Positions 41,024 through 50,174 of a stretch of 63,665 nucleotides of DNA are shown piece by piece. Origin of the DNA: Myxococcota bacterium. GTDB lineage: Bacteria > Myxococcota_A > UBA796 > CAJQPC01. Below the pieces are notes generated by a model. The model ran no database searches, was not told the origin of the DNA, and saw only the letters and a program-made list of their open reading frames with translations. The stretch is from positions 1-63,665 of the forward strand of contig DASCPX010000248.1 in NCBI GenBank assembly GCA_036012755.1, given 5' to 3'. The position numbers and the translations under genes were made by a program. Every line of letters begins with the position of its first letter. Positions within the stretch are counted from its first letter, which is position 1.

Positions 41024-44000
41024 ATGCTGCCGTCCCCCCGCACGTGGAGTTGGAGGCCGTCCCAGGAAGAACTCGACGGTGCTGATCTCGTTCGGGCTCA
41101 GCTGTCGGGGATCGACCTCCGTGGACGGGATCTGTCTGGACGCGATCTCCAGGGCGCCGTCCTGAGGGGTGCGGACCTGCGGAACGTCATCCTCGACGAG
41201 GCGAACCTGGCGGGAGCGGACCTGAGCGAGGCGGACCTGGAGGGTGGCTCGCTGCGCGGTGCCGTGCTCTCCGGCGCTCGGCTTCGGCGAGCCCGGGCAG
41301 GTGGCGCGAGCTTCTTCGGGGCGAACCTCGCCGGCGCGGACTTCACGGCCGCCTTCCTGGCCGAAGCCGACCTCTCCGAGGCCGTGCTCGACGGGGCTCG
41401 GGCCGACGCCGCGCGCCTCGAGGGCTGCTCCGGTCGGGGTGCCTCGATGCGGCGACTCCTCGCGCGCGGCGCGGCTCTGGACGAGGCGGATCTCGCCGGC
41501 GCCGTGCTCGACGAAGCCGACCTCTCCTTCGCCACCATGGAACGGGCCGTGCTCAGCGGAGCGAGCCTGCTCGGCGCCCGCCTTGCGAAGGCCCGACTCG
41601 ACGGCGCGGCCTTGGACGGCGCTGACCTCCGCGGAGCCGACATCAATCGGGCGGTGTTCGCGGGCGTGCGCGTGGAGGGTGCCAGCTTCGAGGGTGCCCG
41701 TGCAGCCCGGCTGCGGCTGAGCAGGACGGCGCTCCAGGAGGACCAGCGCGCTGCCTTGCGCGCGGGTGGTCTCAGGCCCTCCCTCCTCGCACGCGCACCA
41801 GGTGTGATCGCGACCTGGGTCGCGGGCGGCGGGCCGACCCGGCTCGCCACGGGCGCCCTCGAGCGCGTCCGCCAGCTCATCCCCGAGCGGGTCGAGGAGC
41901 CGGAGATCGCGCCGCCTGTCCCGGAGGCCATCGTGCCTGCGGCGGCGCCGGTGTCGGAACCGGAGCACGGCCAGCCGAAGCGAAAGCGCCGCATCAGCCC
42001 GGAGGACATCTTCCCTGGCGCCGACCTGCGCGTTCGTGACCTCCGGGGCTTCGACCTGTCCGGTCACGACCTCTCTGGCGCGGACCTCCGAGGCGCTGAC
42101 CTGCGTGACATGGACCTGCGCGACGCCATCTTCGCCGGCGCACGCATGGAGGGGGCGCGCTTCGAGCGCGCGAACCTGGAGCGGGCCGACCTCTCCCGCG
42201 CCTCGGCGGAGCGAGCGAGCTTCGACGACGCTCGACTGGCGAACGCGGTCCTCGTGGGGCTGGCGGCAGAGGGCGCCAGCTTCCTCGGCGCGCGCTTCCG
42301 GGGTGCCGAGTTCCGGGACACCTCCCTGATCTTCGCGAACCTCGCCGAGGCCGACCTGCGCGCGTGCATCCTGGGCGGACTGGACGTGCGGGGGGCCCGC
42401 CTGGACCGGGCGGACCTGACCGGCGCCGTGTTCGATGGCCTCGTCGCCTCTCCAGAGGACCTCGCGGGCGCCATCGGGTTCACCGAGGCCGTCTTCGCCA
42501 AGCTCATCAGCGGCGGCGAGCAGCCGACTCGGTCGGTGGCCTCGGAGGCTCGTGCGGGGATCGAGGCACGGCTCTCGCGCGGCATCGTGGCGCTGCCCCG
42601 CTGGATCCGCGAGGGGGGGCCGCGGAGGACGCTCGGGCGGCTCCAGGGACTCACCGAGGGCGCCCTCGCTCGAGAAAGTGAGCGGGGCCGGCTGCGCATC
42701 GAAGCGCTCCTGGATCCCTTCGCCTCCGCCGGCCGGGTCGCGGTCCCGGCGAGTGACCTCGTCCCTGGCGGTGCGCTCGCGGGAGCTGATCTCCGCGGCC
42801 TTCCACTCGCTGGCGTGGACCTGTCCGGGAGCGACCTGCGCGGGGCCCTGCTGGACGGCGTCGAACTCACCGGGACGATGCTACGCGGCGCCGACCTGAG
42901 CCAGGCCAGCCTGGTCGGAGCCCGGCTCACGAACGTCGATCTCCGGGGGGCGTCCATGGAGCTGTGCCGGCTCGATGACGCGCGCCTCGAAGCGGTGGTG
43001 CTGGAGGATGTCGGGGGCCGGGGGCTGAGGGCCATCAACACGCGATTCTCCGCCTGCCTGTGGAGGGGGGCCGACCTCGCCTCTGCCGTGCTGTCCGGAG
43101 CGCAGCTGGCGGGGGAGGACCTCTCTGGGGTGGAACTCGCCGGGGCCAAGCTCGACCTCGTGAACCTGGCCGGGTGCGATCTCACGCAGACCGGGCTTGC
43201 AGGTGCGGATCTTCGGGGGCTGGCCTCGCTGCCCCTGGGGCCCAGGGCCTTGCGGGAGCGCGGCGTGGCGCTGCCTGGTCCCCTACGGGCGCGCCTGGCC
43301 GCCAGCCTGTCCCTGCTCGATGTCGGTCGACGCCTCGTCGCCCTGCTCTCGCGAGAGCTCACCCGCTTCGCGAGCTTCGTGCGCGAAGGCGGACTCCGCC
43401 GTCCGGCCGAGTGGCTGTTGCAAGGCGGCGCCAAGGCCGCCGTACGGGCTCAGGTCGAAGCCGTCCGGCTGCGCTACGTGCGCAGCCAGCCCGAGGCCGA
43501 GCTGCTGGTGCCCGGGTCCGTGCTCGCGGGCATGGAGCTCCGGCGCGCCCGGCTCGCGGGACTGGATCTGTCCGACTGCATCTTCGACGCGGCCGATCTG
43601 TACCGTGCAGACCTTCGTGGGGCGAAGCTCGTCGGGGCCACCTTCAAGGGGGCGCTCATGGGGGGCGTCCGGCTCGATGACGCCGACCTCACCGGAGCGG
43701 ACCTGGAGGGCGCGGCCCTGAGCCAGGCCTCGCTCCAGGGGGCCGTCCTCACTGGCGCTCGACTCCTGGGTGTCGACCTGGAGCGTGCGGACCTCGTGGA
43801 CACCGATCTCGCCGACGCGGACCTCTCTGGCGCACGCCTGGTCCTGTGCGACCTCGCCGGGGCTGGCCTCGGCGATGCCCGAGTCGAGGACGCCGACTTC
43901 GTTGGTGCCCTCGGAGTCTCGGACGCGGCCGCGCGAGAGCTGGCGCGGCGTGGGGCTCGCGTGGAGCAGCGGGCGGACGCAGTTCGGTCGATCTCGCGGC

Positions 44001-47000
44001 TGCGGGTCTGGATCGACGGGCTGCGCGAGCCGGAGGAGGCCCCCGAGGTCGGGGAGGACGCGGACTACCGGGGGCGCGACCTCCGCGAACTCCCCCTGGC
44101 GGGACGGGATCTCTGCGGAGTGGACCTGCGCGAAGCCCGCATGGAAGACATGGACCTGCGCGGCACCATTCTCCAGCGTGCTCGCCTCGAGGGCGCCCAC
44201 ATGGCGCGGGCGCGGCTCGATGGCGCTGACCTCAGCGGTGCGAGAGGCGAGGGCGCTGATCTCTCCGACTGCCACCTCCACGGCACCAATCTCAGCGGCT
44301 TCGATGGCCGGGAGGTCCGCCTCGTCGGCGCCAGCCTGCGCGGTGCCCGACTCGACGGCGCCATGTTGGCTGGGGTCGATCTCTCCGCAGCGGACCTCTC
44401 CGACACCGATCTCGCGGACGCCGATCTGTCTGGTGCGAGGTTGTCGGGAACGCTGGTCGATGGCGCCTTCATCGGGAGGGTGGTCGGGCTCGATGCGGGG
44501 GTCGTCGACGATCTCCTCGAGAGGGGCGCGCTCCTCGACATCGCCGCGCTCGTTCCGATCGAAGACGCCCCGGGCGCGCAGAAGCTGGGCATCGCAGCCC
44601 GTGTCCTCGACGTCATCCCCGGGCGCCGTCGAGCCCCGCCCGGCGACCTGAGGCTGGGGCCTGGGGTCGATCTCTCGGGGCGGGACTTGCGTCGCACGAT
44701 CCTGGCGGGTCTGGATCTCTCTGGTGCGAACCTTCGGGAGGCCCGCCTGGATGGCGCGGACCTCCAGGGAACCGACCTCTCGCAGGCCCGCATGGACGGT
44801 GCCCGTCTGAGCGGGGCCAACCTCGCCGATGCCCTGCTGGTCGGCGTCGCTGCGGCCGAGGCGAGGTTCGACGACACCGATCTCTCCGGCGCGGACCTGA
44901 GCGGGCTCCGCGCACCCGGCGGGAGCTTCGTCGGGGCTACGCTCAGCGGCGCGACGTTGTCCGACACCTCCCTCGTGGACTGCGATCTGTCGGCAGCTGA
45001 CCTCCGCGGCGTCGACCTGGCCGATGCGGACCTCTCGGGGGCCTTGCTCGAACAGACCGAGCTCGAGGGCGCCCGCGTGGAGCTGATCGCGGTCCACGGA
45101 ACGGACCTCGTCGGCGCACTCGGGCTGGTGCCGGCTCAGGTCGAGGCGCTCACGGCCCGCGGCGCCAAGGTCACGGTCTTCCGTGTTCCGGCCTGGCTCC
45201 GGATCGCACTGTCACCTCGGGCGGCGGGCCTCTTCGCGACGACGGCGGTGGTCGTCATGGGCTTCGTGCTGCTGGTGAAGAGCGGACCTCAGACCGGCGA
45301 GAGCATCGAGGATGAGGCCATCGCCGAGGTCCAGATCGGGGAGGTCGAGGCCGCCGTGAGTCGCTACGAGGAGCTGCTCGGGATGAGCGCCTCGGCCGGC
45401 GAGCGGATTCGGATCCGCTACGAGATCGCTCGCGTCTACGAGGACGCAGGAGAGATCGAGGCCGCCCAGGCCCAGTACCGGGCCGCGATCGAGGAAGCCG
45501 AGACCGGTGAAGACGCCGCGGAGGCCTCGCTGCGCCTCGCGAACGCGCTGGCCCTGGGTGGGGACGGCCCAGCAGAGCGCGCCGCATACGGCGAGGTGCT
45601 GATGCGCATCGACACGCCGTCAGCGCTTTACGCCCGAGCCCTGGTGGGCCTCGTCGACTCCCACCGCGCAGAGGGCAGCGACGACCGAGCCGATGCGGCG
45701 TTTGGCCAGTGGATGGGCACGATGGACAACAACGCGGGTCGCGCGCTGACGGTCAGCATCGAGATGGCCGAGCTGTGGGCCGCTGGAGGTGAGTACGAGC
45801 GCTCGCTCGCCAGCCTGGCGGCGTTGGATGGGGTCCGTCTCGACCGACAACAACGCGCCAGGGTGCAGCTGGCCGAGGCCAAGCTCCACGCCGATCGGGG
45901 CGACTACTCCGCCGCTGACGAGCTGTACTCGGAGCTCGTCCGGAACCCGACGGTCGACAGCGGTCGCACGCGCCTCGCTGCAGCAGAGGTCGCCTGGCAC
46001 CTCGGCGACGCGCCTCGCGCGCTCGAGCTCCTGGACCGGGCGCTGGGGGGCCGTACCCACCCCGAGACGGAGGCGCGCATCCTCTTGCTGAAGGCGCGCC
46101 TGTTGCGCTCCTCCGGCGACCGCGCCGCCGCCGTGGCGCTCTACCAACGCGTCCTCGATGTCTACTCCGACGACGAAGACGTCTACGCTGCCGCGCAGCT
46201 CGGTCTCGCGGAGTCGCTCTCCGACGAGGAGCAGCTGGCGCTGGTCGAGCAGCTGATGGAGCGAGGTGAGGCGGCCCAGGCTGGCCAGATCGTCCTGTCG
46301 CGTGCGCGGCGACTGCGCGTCACCGGCGACGCCGCCGGCGCCGAGGAGCTCTACGAACGCGTCCTCACGATGGGCTCCGCGCCCGAGTCCCAGATCGCAC
46401 GCTTCGAGCTCGCCCGGGTCGCCATCGAGGATGGCCGGGTGGACGATGGCATCAACCAGCTCCGCGCCATCCAGTCAGAGGTCGAAGGCAGCGAGCGGAT
46501 CGAGGTGGAGGCGGCCATCGCGGACGCCCTGCGGGCCGCAGGCAGACTCGAAGACGCGGAGTTTGCATACAGCGGGCTCGTCGCGGGCTACCCGGCCGGC
46601 TCCGAGGCCGCTGTCCGAGGCCTGCTCGGCATCGCATTGGTCGCCGAGGCGCGCGGCGAGGTCGAGGACGCCAGGCGCGGCTACTTCACCGTCCTGGAGC
46701 AGACGACGAGCCCAACGCTGCGGAGCGAAGCGCTGGCGGCCCTGGCCGGCAACTACATGGAGACCGGCGACTCCGATGCGGCGCTGAAGGTCTGGCGCGA
46801 CTTCCTCGAGGATCTCCCCGAGGGCCATGAGGCGGCCTTCGACGCCAGGGAGGCGATCGCCCAGATCCTCCGGGCACGCGGCGAGCGACAGGCGGCCCTG
46901 GACACCTACACGCTGTTGCTCGAGGGGACCTCCTCGGCCGAGCGGAGAGCCCGCGCGAGGGTCGCGGTGGGGGAGCTCCTGGAGGAGGATGGTCGCTTTG

Positions 47001-48418
47001 GCGACGCCGAGACGCTCTACCGCGAGCTCCTCGAGGATCCGGCGCTGCCCGAGGACGAATACGACACGGTGGTCGTCGGTCTCATCCGCACGCTGCTGTC
47101 GCTGGAGCGGCCGGAGGAGGCCCTCACCCTGGCCCGCGACAGCGAGGTCTACGAGGAGGTGACCCGCGTCACGATGCGCTCGTTGCAGGCCCAGGCGCTT
47201 CGGGCACTCGGGCGCACGGAGGAGGCGCGACGCTTCGAGGACCAGGTGGAAGCCGAGGCTCCGGAGCTCGACGACGCTTTCTCCATCGCACTCATCGAAG
47301 CAAACGAGCTCGTCAACGAGTGGGACTTCGAGGGCGCCGTCGCCGCCTACCAGCGGCTGCTCGGGGAGGCGGAGGACCGACCGACCCAGGCGATGATCGT
47401 GGGCGCCATCGCGCAGGCGAAGGGACTCGCAGGCGACCTCGACGGGGCGCGGGCTGGCTACCGTAGCCTGGCCCGTGACTTCGCCGACCTGGACGAGGCC
47501 GTGTTCAGCGCGGAGATGGGGCTCGCCTGGGTGGACCGGCAGGCCGGTGATCCCGAGGCGGCGGTCGAGCGGTACGCGGCGCTCGTCGGACCGGATCCCG
47601 GCTCCGAGGTGTGGCGACTGGAGCAGCTGGCGACAACGCTCCAGGAGGCCGGGGACGACGAGCGCAGCGAGCAGGTCTACAAGGACCTGATCCGTGCCCA
47701 CCCCGGCGACGTGCTCGCCCAGGCGACCGGGCGCTATGGCCTCGCCGAGCTGATGCGGAACCGGGGTGAGCTCTCGGCTGCGCGCGGACTCTACGAGCAG
47801 GTCGCGCGCACCTCGCCCGACCGCAACCAGCAGGTCTGGGCCGAGCTCCACGCCGCCATGATCCTCGTCGACGAGGGCCGCTTGGACGACGCCGAGGATG
47901 CCCTCGATGACCTGATCGATGACAGCGACGACGACGAGGTCCAGGTCCAGGCCGCCATCGGTCTGTCATCCATCGAGCTGGAGCGTGGTCGTCCGGGCAA
48001 GGCCCTCGACGTGCTCGAGGACATCGACGCCGAGTCTCTTGGGGGCGGCTGGGTCGCGACGCTCACACAACAACGGGCAACCTGCCTCGTGGCGATGGGC
48101 GATGCGGAAGACGCCGAGCGGGCGTGGGTCGAGGTCCTTCGTGCCTATGAGGATGTCGACGACATCGCCTCCCAGGCTCGGCTCGCCCTCGGCGATCTCG
48201 CCCTCGGTCGGGACGAGCCCAAGGACGCGATCGCCCGCTACGAGCGCGTCCTGGCCGAGACCGACGACCCCCACTACCGCGCCCGGGCGCTGCTGGGACG
48301 GGGCGACGCGCTGACGGCCCAGGGGCGCTCGAAGGATGCCAGGGCCTCCTACGAGCAGGTCCTCTCGGAGCATCCCGAGCAGGCGGAGCTCGTGGCCATC
48401 GCGCGGGCCAGGCTGTAG
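41024..48418 (+). CDS. Giant protein: six pentapeptide-repeat blocks, one TM helix and a TPR region (~2,460 aa)
   Basis: A(D/N)L.. repeats over ~41070-45130; hydrophobic AAGLFATTAVVVMGFVLLV at ~45220-45280; TPR-like A...Y..L....P helices to the end; TATCAT 6 nt before ATG 41024. Confidence 0.9.
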   Translation: MLPSPRTWSWRPSQEELDGADLVRAQLSGIDLRGRDLSGRDLQGAVLRGADLRNVILDEANLAGADLSEADLEGGSLRGAVLSGARLRRARAGGASFFGANLAGADFTAAFLAEADLSEAVLDGARADAARLEGCSGRGASMRRLLARGAALDEADLAGAVLDEADLSFATMERAVLSGASLLGARLAKARLDGAALDGADLRGADINRAVFAGVRVEGASFEGARAARLRLSRTALQEDQRAALRAGGLRPSLLARAPGVIATWVAGGGPTRLATGALERVRQLIPERVEEPEIAPPVPEAIVPAAAPVSEPEHGQPKRKRRISPEDIFPGADLRVRDLRGFDLSGHDLSGADLRGADLRDMDLRDAIFAGARMEGARFERANLERADLSRASAERASFDDARLANAVLVGLAAEGASFLGARFRGAEFRDTSLIFANLAEADLRACILGGLDVRGARLDRADLTGAVFDGLVASPEDLAGAIGFTEAVFAKLISGGEQPTRSVASEARAGIEARLSRGIVALPRWIREGGPRRTLGRLQGLTEGALARESERGRLRIEALLDPFASAGRVAVPASDLVPGGALAGADLRGLPLAGVDLSGSDLRGALLDGVELTGTMLRGADLSQASLVGARLTNVDLRGASMELCRLDDARLEAVVLEDVGGRGLRAINTRFSACLWRGADLASAVLSGAQLAGEDLSGVELAGAKLDLVNLAGCDLTQTGLAGADLRGLASLPLGPRALRERGVALPGPLRARLAASLSLLDVGRRLVALLSRELTRFASFVREGGLRRPAEWLLQGGAKAAVRAQVEAVRLRYVRSQPEAELLVPGSVLAGMELRRARLAGLDLSDCIFDAADLYRADLRGAKLVGATFKGALMGGVRLDDADLTGADLEGAALSQASLQGAVLTGARLLGVDLERADLVDTDLADADLSGARLVLCDLAGAGLGDARVEDADFVGALGVSDAAARELARRGARVEQRADAVRSISRLRVWIDGLREPEEAPEVGEDADYRGRDLRELPLAGRDLCGVDLREARMEDMDLRGTILQRARLEGAHMARARLDGADLSGARGEGADLSDCHLHGTNLSGFDGREVRLVGASLRGARLDGAMLAGVDLSAADLSDTDLADADLSGARLSGTLVDGAFIGRVVGLDAGVVDDLLERGALLDIAALVPIEDAPGAQKLGIAARVLDVIPGRRRAPPGDLRLGPGVDLSGRDLRRTILAGLDLSGANLREARLDGADLQGTDLSQARMDGARLSGANLADALLVGVAAAEARFDDTDLSGADLSGLRAPGGSFVGATLSGATLSDTSLVDCDLSAADLRGVDLADADLSGALLEQTELEGARVELIAVHGTDLVGALGLVPAQVEALTARGAKVTVFRVPAWLRIALSPRAAGLFATTAVVVMGFVLLVKSGPQTGESIEDEAIAEVQIGEVEAAVSRYEELLGMSASAGERIRIRYEIARVYEDAGEIEAAQAQYRAAIEEAETGEDAAEASLRLANALALGGDGPAERAAYGEVLMRIDTPSALYARALVGLVDSHRAEGSDDRADAAFGQWMGTMDNNAGRALTVSIEMAELWAAGGEYERSLASLAALDGVRLDRQQRARVQLAEAKLHADRGDYSAADELYSELVRNPTVDSGRTRLAAAEVAWHLGDAPRALELLDRALGGRTHPETEARILLLKARLLRSSGDRAAAVALYQRVLDVYSDDEDVYAAAQLGLAESLSDEEQLALVEQLMERGEAAQAGQIVLSRARRLRVTGDAAGAEELYERVLTMGSAPESQIARFELARVAIEDGRVDDGINQLRAIQSEVEGSERIEVEAAIADALRAAGRLEDAEFAYSGLVAGYPAGSEAAVRGLLGIALVAEARGEVEDARRGYFTVLEQTTSPTLRSEALAALAGNYMETGDSDAALKVWRDFLEDLPEGHEAAFDAREAIAQILRARGERQAALDTYTLLLEGTSSAERRARARVAVGELLEEDGRFGDAETLYRELLEDPALPEDEYDTVVVGLIRTLLSLERPEEALTLARDSEVYEEVTRVTMRSLQAQALRALGRTEEARRFEDQVEAEAPELDDAFSIALIEANELVNEWDFEGAVAAYQRLLGEAEDRPTQAMIVGAIAQAKGLAGDLDGARAGYRSLARDFADLDEAVFSAEMGLAWVDRQAGDPEAAVERYAALVGPDPGSEVWRLEQLATTLQEAGDDERSEQVYKDLIRAHPGDVLAQATGRYGLAELMRNRGELSAARGLYEQVARTSPDRNQQVWAELHAAMILVDEGRLDDAEDALDDLIDDSDDDEVQVQAAIGLSSIELERGRPGKALDVLEDIDAESLGGGWVATLTQQRATCLVAMGDAEDAERAWVEVLRAYEDVDDIASQARLALGDLALGRDEPKDAIARYERVLAETDDPHYRARALLGRGDALTAQGRSKDARASYEQVLSEHPEQAELVAIARARL

Positions 48419-48429
48419 GACGCGGCGCC

Positions 48430-50124
48430 TTAGCGCACCGGGACCTTCTGCGGAGAGAACCCGGACTTGAACGAGAAGGCGTCTCCGCCAGTGGTGGGGT
48501 CGGCCTTGATGTAGTACTCGAAGCTCTTGTCCGCGTAGCTGGCGTCCACGGGCACGGTTCCGCTGAAGCGGCCGCCGCTGCCGTAGAGGGGCTTCTGCTT
48601 GAACTGGCCGCCGCTGGGCTTGTAGTAGAGAGTGACCTTGTAGTCGGCCGAGGGCAGCCTCACCGAGAGGCTGAGGTCCTGGCCTGCGCTCGCTGAGGCC
48701 GGGGCGCTGTGGACGAGGCCCTTGACCGTGTTCTTGACCACCGGAGGGGGCGCCCGGACCTTCTCCACGGGAGGCTCGTCGACCTCGGCAATCGGGGGAT
48801 CCTCGACGTCGATGGGCTCGACCGGGGGTTGTTCGACGACGTCTTCGATGGGGTCCTCTACGACGTCTTCGATGGGGTCCTTCAGGACGTCTTCGATGGG
48901 GTCCTCCACGACCGCTTCCTCCGACTGCTGCGCGAGCCAGACGCCGCCTCCGAGCCCCACGATCGCGATGAGGCCGCCGACCAGCAGGCCGACGTTCGGG
49001 GCTTGTCGAACCGAGGGCAACGGCTCGTCGTCCGCCTCGTCGATCATGGACTGGCCCGAGTCGGGGGCGTCTGCCAAGGGCGGCGCTTGTTGTCGCTCCT
49101 CTGGAAGGGGAGGCGGCGGCCGGGAGGGTTCCTCGGCCGCGATGTCTGGGACCATCGTCGCCAGCACCGCGGGCTGGGCGTCGTCGTCGTCAGCAGGAGC
49201 GAGCGTGCCCGGAACCAGCCCGGTGCCGCCCGTGCCGCTGCCCTTGAGCAGGTCCGGGTCGATCGGCTGGAGCTCTTGTTCCGGTGCCAGCGGCGGACAA
49301 CCCTCCGGATCGGCGGGGAGGTCATCGACCAGGTCGCGCAGGGCTTGTGCCATCTGCTCGGCGGAGCCGTAGCGCTCCTCGCGGTCGTACTTGCAGGCCG
49401 TTCGGATGACCTCCGCCACCTGAGGCTGGAGGCCATCGAGGATGCGCGCGTCCATGTCGGCGACGAAGAGATCGACCGGCGTCTTGTCGGTGAGGATGGA
49501 GTAGAGCGTCGCCCCGACCGAGTAGAGATCCGCGCGCGTGTCGACGCTCTTGGCGTCCACCCGCTGCTCGGGCGGCATGAAGCCCCAGGTGCCCATGACG
49601 GCGCCGGTCTTGGTCATGCCGTCGTCCTCTTCGTCCCACTTGCACATCCGGGCGATGCCGAAGTCGGTGAGCCGGATGTTCCCGTCAGAGGACAGCAGGA
49701 TGTTGTGCGGCTTGATGTCCCTGTGAACCACGCCGCGGTCGTGGGCGACGCGGAGAGCGTCGAGCATGTCGATGGTCGCCATGACCGCCATCTTCGGGGG
49801 CAGGGCCCCGTGCTCCTTGACCCGGTCGAGCAGCGAGCCGCACTCGATGAGCTCCATGACGATGTAGACGCGATCACCGTCTGTACCGACGTCGTAGACA
49901 CGCACGATGGAGGGGTGCTCGAGCAGAGCCATGGTGCTGGCCTCCTGCTCGAAGCGGGTCCGTAGGCTGCGCTTCCGGGCCAGGGCCGGAGAGAGGATCT
50001 TGATCGCCCGCTGCACCTGCAGGCGGCAGTCGTAGCCCTTGTAGACGGTCGCCATGCCGCCGGCAGCGAGGACATCGATGAGGCGATAGCGGCCATCCGC
50101 GAGAGGTGGTGCTGCTTCCGCCAT
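48430..50124 (-). CDS. Hanks-type Ser/Thr protein kinase with a TM helix and extracytoplasmic domain
   Basis: GGMATVY, AIK, HRDIKPHN, DFGIA and GTWGFMPPEQ; TM LLVGGLIAIVGLGGGVWL. Confidence 0.95.
   Translation of the reverse strand: MAEAAPPLADGRYRLIDVLAAGGMATVYKGYDCRLQVQRAIKILSPALARKRSLRTRFEQEASTMALLEHPSIVRVYDVGTDGDRVYIVMELIECGSLLDRVKEHGALPPKMAVMATIDMLDALRVAHDRGVVHRDIKPHNILLSSDGNIRLTDFGIARMCKWDEEDDGMTKTGAVMGTWGFMPPEQRVDAKSVDTRADLYSVGATLYSILTDKTPVDLFVADMDARILDGLQPQVAEVIRTACKYDREERYGSAEQMAQALRDLVDDLPADPEGCPPLAPEQELQPIDPDLLKGSGTGGTGLVPGTLAPADDDDAQPAVLATMVPDIAAEEPSRPPPPLPEERQQAPPLADAPDSGQSMIDEADDEPLPSVRQAPNVGLLVGGLIAIVGLGGGVWLAQQSEEAVVEDPIEDVLKDPIEDVVEDPIEDVVEQPPVEPIDVEDPPIAEVDEPPVEKVRAPPPVVKNTVKGLVHSAPASASAGQDLSLSVRLPSADYKVTLYYKPSGGQFKQKPLYGSGGRFSGTVPVDASYADKSFEYYIKADPTTGGDAFSFKSGFSPQKVPVR
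48838..48904. repeat. 24-bp-period tandem repeat (x3) encoding DPIEDV in the kinase stalk
   Basis: GACGTCTTCGATGGGGTCC at 48838, 48862 and 48886. Confidence 0.85.
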
Positions 50125-50174
50125 GCCTAGCCTTCCGGCGGCGAGTCTACCCCGCTCTCCGATAGGCTGCCTCA

